A stretch of 64,000 nt of DNA, from assembly GCA_951406725.2 (NCBI GenBank), contig OX597815.1:65596001-65660000 (forward strand), read 5' to 3'. Below, in pieces: positions 58,190 through 64,000 of this stretch. The DNA comes from Octopus vulgaris (Eukaryota). The notes below the pieces were generated by a model that made no database searches, was not told the DNA's origin, and saw nothing but the letters and a program-made list of their open reading frames with translations. How positions within the stretch are numbered: the first letter of the stretch is position 1; each line of letters starts with the position of its first letter. The position numbers and the translations under genes were made by a program.

Positions 58190-59686
58190 AAAGAGGAATA
58201 TGTATATATATAGAGTAATAAATATTGGACCGCATTTATAGCTTATTTTTTTATACAAAGCATGACATAACAAATAGGTGACGTAACAAATCTTACGGCC
58301 ATTTCCGCATCCGTTGCCAAACGCTGTCTATAAATAATTGCGAAAATAACATTCTTCATCTTCATAGGACATTCAAATTAAGGCACGGTGCTTCATCAGA
58401 GTAAAAGACAAGAGCATCCAAAGGGAAGAAGGAATAGGAAAGAGACCTACAAAAGAAGCATGGAAGCATATAATCTACCATCTTGGGGCTACGAGGTCTG
58501 TAGGTAAAAGAGTGAACTAGTAGTGGTCTAGGGAATACTAAAATTTATTTACGGGTAGTTACAATTTAAGGGCGGAGTAAGATGTTTTAAAATTTATGAA
58601 AAGAAGTTATCTAAAAAATAATACAAGGAAACTTACTAACGTGATTATCAAAGGGCAGTACCTATGCTAACGAAGTAAACTCAAGTAAAATATATCTAAA
58701 ACATTACCGTAGGATACTTAAGAAAGTGTACTCACAGGAATATTACTGAGAATCCCACCTATGGTCCACGATGGGGCAAGTCTAAGTCCGGCGGTCTCTA
58801 CAATTGCTCAGTTTCAATTTGAACCGAGGTCACAAGTTAAAACCGTTACAATGGATATGTCAATAAAATAAGAAAAACTAAAGGGTCTGGGGGAGAAGAC
58901 AATGATATAAGTGGTTAGGGGCCGCTTATGCCCTTCAGCAGCTTAATGTTATAACATGCATGAGGGAACGGTCAAAGAGTAAGTAGGGTTATAGTTAAGG
59001 GGAGGTAACTAGTACAAGTAATTCAATGACTCATTAAAGCTACTTGGAAATGAATTTGGACTTAATTTCATATATAGAAAATTGTGGTAATAATTAGATA
59101 TATACAGGTACGCAAGAAAAATCCATCTTCTAGATACACTACAATTCACAAATAAAAAGCCACTTACAATCAGGCAGTTAATATTTAAGACCAAATCACA
59201 TGTTAATTATTATCAATTATAAAACTCACAAGTTGCCACAGTATACTAAATATGCTTAATAAGCATTACATAGACATTAAATTTAGATATTTCCTATCAT
59301 TATATAAACAATTTAAAAGAATATATTGGTACTATATGGGTACAGTTAATACTGGGTCCACTAGCAAATAAGTACTATGAGTAAAGTTTCCTTTATTTAA
59401 ACAGTTTGCGAAACATATTTAAAAGGCAATAACAATTACACCTAAGACTCGTGGTATATAAAAGCATTCTTATTTATATCGTTGACAGACGAGAACCATC
59501 TGCTGAGCCACCGGAACTGCGAGATCACATAATTTCGCAGTTTTGAGCTCTTCAGTGACACACATCCGGTCGTGTCATAACAGCCGAATCTCCTGTCTAA
59601 GAATATTAGTGTCTATTCAGACACAGATGCTGCAAATAGCCAGTGGGCTCATTAGAAAATAATTAATAGCGATAATTAAGGCTTCG

Positions 59687-59717
<31 letters not shown>

Positions 59718-59807
59718 GCAGACAGACAGACAGACAGACAGACAGATGAGTGTGTATTCACATATATGTAAACATATACGTGTATGTATGTGCGTATACG
59801 TCATAAA

Positions 59808-60238
59808 GGCGCATGGCTCAGTGGTTAGGACATCGGGCTTACAATCATGGGGTTGTGAGTTCGATTAGCGAACCGGGCTGTGTTGTGCTCTTGTCTTGAG
59901 CAAGACACTTTACTTCACTTTGTTCCAGTTTACTCAGCTGTAGAAGTGAGTTGCAACGTGACTGGTGCCAAGCTTTGGGGCGAGGAGACTAGTATGCACG
60001 GGCGACTGCTGGTCTTCCACAAAATAACATTGCCTGGACTTGTGCCCCGAAGAGGAACTTTTTAGTGCAATCCCATGTCATTTGTAGTCTTCTTTTAATT
60101 TCCGTCTATTAAATCCACTTACAAGGTTTTGGTCGGCTCGTGGCTAGAGTAGAAGACGCTTGCCCAAGATGCCACGCAGTTAGACTGAACCCGGAACCAT
60201 GTGGTTGGGAAGCAAGCTTCTTAGCACGCAGTCACGCA
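59808..60238. mobile_element. tRNA/CORE SINE (+, 59808-60080) and family B head (-, 60095-60238)
   Basis: ggcgcatggctcagtggttagg...gagttcgatt...cttgagcaagacactt; then aaatccacttacaagg...gaacccggaaccatgtggttgg. Confidence 0.75.
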
Positions 60239-60250
60239 TATATATATATA

Positions 60251-60659
60251 TACTAGCAGCTAAGCCCGGTTTCACCCGGTCTGTTTGGATAATGTGGCTG
60301 TGATCATTTTTGGTCAGGCATAATCTATAACAGCGTTTCTCAATCTTATAATTTTGGGTTCCCTGTTTCGATTGGAGCCTCCAACTATATGAAAATTTCC
60401 TGACCCCACCTCGTCAGAAAACAGCTTCTAAGCAACTGGTTGTTTTAATGGCGGAAGAAAGAGGGGAATTCCATTAAGAAAGGTTTTAATCGATTTTCTC
60501 GGTAAGTATGGGGGCTAAGTAAAAGATACAAACCGCATTCCAATCTATGCACCCGTCTCCACATGTATGCCATTTTTCACGCAAATCTACCCAGCCATTT
60601 GGCTGTGAACCTCAAGACAAGAAAGAATACAACGGTCACCCATGTCCAATTTATAGATT
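60251..60659. mobile_element. Non-autonomous Helitron/Helentron-like element
   Basis: Starts tactagcagctaagcccggtttcacccgg after a TA run and ends aatttatagatt, resembling the termini of Lep1/HINE-type elements. Confidence 0.55.
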
Positions 60660-61401
60660 ACCTTTCACTTGTTTCAGTCATTAGACTGCTGCTATGCTGG
60701 AGCATTGCCTCTTAGGGTTTAGTCGACCAAATCGTCCCCAGTACTTATTCTATCGTTCCTTTTTACCGAGCCACTAAGCTTCGCGGACGTAGATAAACCA
60801 ACGCGGACGTAAAAAAAACCGACTCCCCCATATATATATGCATGCATGTATGTATGTATGTATGTATGTATGTATGTATGTATGTATGTATGTATGTATG
60901 TATGTATGTATGTATGTATGTATGCATGCTTGTATATATATATATGTATAGGCAAATTTGTTTTTGAAAATGCACCTAAATTTGAAAAATTGTTTAAAAC
61001 AAATTTATTTACATATATACCAAACTTGTTTCAACAATATTGCTTGTTTATCAATGGTAAAAATTTTGAATTATGAATTAGAAAAAAAATCTTTAAAAGT
61101 TTCAATGTCGACAAGTTTAAATGTTCATAATAGACAAATTTAGAATTATGAATTAGAAAAACATGTAAAGAACTCATTAGTGTTAGTAGTGATCGACAGT
61201 TTCAGTCATACTGAGTTAAGAGTGAAAAAAAAACAGGGGAGAAATGAAGATAGTAAAAAAAAGGGATCCCGTCGCGTGTAGGAACTTTCGCTTGTATATT
61301 TATGATGGACTCTCCCGTCGAAGGCGAGGAATGAGTTTCTCCAGGCGTTGTGTATGCGTGAGTCTGTGCATGTGCATGTGTATTTGTTTATATATATATG
61401 C

Positions 61402-61443
<42 letters not shown>

Positions 61444-61450
61444 GTGTATG

Positions 61451-61481
<31 letters not shown>

Positions 61482-61577
61482 GTATATATTTGTATATATA
61501 TATGTATGTGTGTATATATATAAATATATATATATATATACATATGTAAATATATGTGTATATATGTATGTATATAA

Positions 61578-61612
<35 letters not shown>

Positions 61613-61971
61613 TATGTATATGTATATATATGATGGGCTCTTCCGTCGAAGGCGACGTATGAGTGTTCGGATTTTCTGCCGAGCGACCTGCACGAATGAT
61701 TTGTTTATAGTGATCAAATGTATGTGGTGTACATTAGCTCACTCCCTCCACGAAATCGACTGAACAGGTGCCCGGTGTACCGCATGTCAGATGTCGAAAT
61801 GATCGCAGAGCAACGTGACAAGAACATAACCTCGAACCCACAAGAGTAAACAAGAGAGACAGGGACAGGCAGAAACAAGGAAAATGCCCCTTGTAATTGA
61901 ATACTATGTAAATATTCTTTTAAAAAAATTTTCTTTTAATTTTTCCAAAATGTAATTGTTTTCCATACGTA

Positions 61972-62007
61972 CAGTTGAAAAAGTCTCAATGACTGAAACC
62001 GGTACTG
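61972..62007 (+). ncRNA. Degenerate minimal hammerhead motif
   Basis: cag-TTGAAAA-agtc-tcaat-gact-GAAA-ccgg-TA-ctg: all three stems perfect, stem III palindromic; CUGANGA has two transitions. Confidence 0.6.
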
Positions 62008-62077
62008 AAATGTCTTTTATAAAATTATTTTAGTATTTTTTTCTTGACTTTTTTTTCCATGTTCCTTTTTAACCTTC

Positions 62078-62171
<94 letters not shown>

Positions 62172-62205
62172 TGTAATGTATGTATGCATGTATGTATGTA
62201 AAGTA

Positions 62206-62237
<32 letters not shown>

Positions 62238-64000
62238 CACGCACACACACATATGTACATAAATATGTTTGTGCGTATATACATATAAATGTATTTACTT
62301 TTAATCAGCACTTATATGCATGCGTATGCCCACACACGCACGCATACATGCACACACACACACACACACTTCATCTATCCATTCACCTACCTAGCTATCT
62401 ATCCGACTACCCTCTCTCTCCCGTTCCGTGTACCCGAATGCACCAGATGCATCCCTTCTGCCTGCTTTTTCCCAGTTGACATCTACTTACCCTCTCCATC
62501 ACTTTCTCTCTTCCCCCGCCCCCCTCTCTCTGTTTCTCTCTCACCTTCTTTCACTCCCCACAAATCAACCCAGTTCCAATGTCAAAACACCCTCACAGCT
62601 GTGTCTAAAAGTGCACGTGAACCGCTTTCTCCACTTAACACAAGCCGTTGTTTGAGAACGGTTCGAGCGGGGATGGCGGCGATGGAGGCGATGGCGGCGA
62701 AGGTGGTGATGGCGGAGATGGTGAGGACGGTGGTGGTGATGGTGGTGGAGAGAGAAAGGCCATCTATTGTGCGGAGGCTTTTATGGAAAGTATTGTGCCA
62801 AATAAGCATAATCTAACAGAAGGAAGAGGGGGAATGAGATACAAAGGGATAAATACAAAGGTAATGGGTGAAGGGTTAAGCAAAAGACTAAAAAAAAAAT
62901 CAATAGTAAATTTTGAAACTGGTTACATATTTATTAACCAATCACAACAGGCGTACAGCTGCTAATTTATGTTAATTTATGCACACACGACCCGGCTGGA
63001 AATTCGTCGCTCAATCGTTGAGTTTTTTTCATTTTATATTATGTTGATAATAAGGTTAATGCGGATCTTCTATGTGAGCGAGTGCATGCGTGCATATGTG
63101 TTGTGTGTGCTGCGCGCGCGCGTATGCAATCGCGGGCAGGTGCTTTATTTGTGCCTCTGTGTGTAATGTATGCTTGTGTATGTATGTATGTATGTATGTA
63201 TGTATGTATGTATGTATGTATGTATGTATCTATATCTATGTATGTATGTGTGCGCGTATGCGCGAGAGCGTGTAGTTGTTTTATGCGTGCATCCGTGTGT
63301 ATCAGTGACTGTGTGTGTTCAAAAGTATGTGGACGGGCGAGTGCGTGTTCTCGTCTAACATTAGCGGAAATAAAATTAGGCAAGTGCATACATTCATCTC
63401 TCACACACACAAAGACATAAGCACACAAGAACACCTACATACTTGCATGCATACACGCACACACACATACACACACACACACAATGTAACAGGAATCGTG
63501 AGATCATTTTCATTTCTACTGTAAGTACATATGCACCCAGAGCTGAATTGCCGTGCAACGATTCACAGCTGGTTTTTTTATATTTGGTTGGCAAGGTTAT
63601 TGTTGTGAACTCATACGTAGAAACATATTTCGTTGTATCTCGGGAGGGTCGTTATGCTAATAATGAACACAGGCCTTCGTTCTATTTCAATTCTTTATTG
63701 TTATTCGTCGATCGGTTAAGTATTTAAACAATTTATTGCTTGTTTGATCAATCGATTAATCACTTGGTTAAATGGTTAACCGATTCACGAATAGCAATAA
63801 AGAAATGAAATAGAACCAAGAATGTGTTTATTATTGGCATAATGACCCTCCTGAGATACAACTAAAGTTTATAACTCCCCCGGGGCCATGTACATGCACA
63901 TCGAAACCTCCAGCTTCTATATCCAGACTATGAATTCCTATTCATACCACAAATAATTGGAACACTAGGTTTTGTTAGTAAATGCTTAAAGGAGAATCTG

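Noticed and set aside
59500-59560. Minus-strand CTGAAGA-gctc-AAAA plus hairpin as a hammerhead
   Set aside because: GAAA box altered, no proper stem II and no stem I adjacent to the site; kept only as context.
62648-62965. Gly/Asp-rich 105-aa ORF
   Set aside because: Derived from a degenerate (GGCGAT/GGT)n low-complexity tract; no splice or homology support.

Overview
Eukaryotic, very repeat-rich, essentially non-genic DNA. The SINE families and the extreme (TA)n/(CA)n/(TATG)n/(AAT)n density suggest a cephalopod (Octopus-like) genome; this is an inference. Almost all ORFs in the track are microsatellite artefacts and no host gene can be built; one 67-bp exon candidate is noted. Recognisable elements: decayed mariner, maT-like and hAT transposases; R4/Dong-type non-LTR retrotransposons (one young 5'-truncated copy inserted in (AAT)n); an L1/Tx1 fragment; many tRNA-derived SINEs; hAT MITEs; and a Helentron-like element. 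The most interesting signals are: (1) about eight minimal type-I hammerhead-ribozyme-like motifs of Penelope pLTR type, mostly beside (TA)n tracts, including a ~400-bp rod-like foldback with a hammerhead core on each strand and two further foldbacks of similar layout; (2) a nest of (AAT)n-associated retroelements at 12.7-25.8 kb with a non-coding ~555-bp element in 5 copies, a 119-bp TSD-like duplication and a local segmental duplication; (3) an apparently perfect 163-bp inverted repeat. All alignments and folds were done by eye, so boundaries are approximate unless stated.
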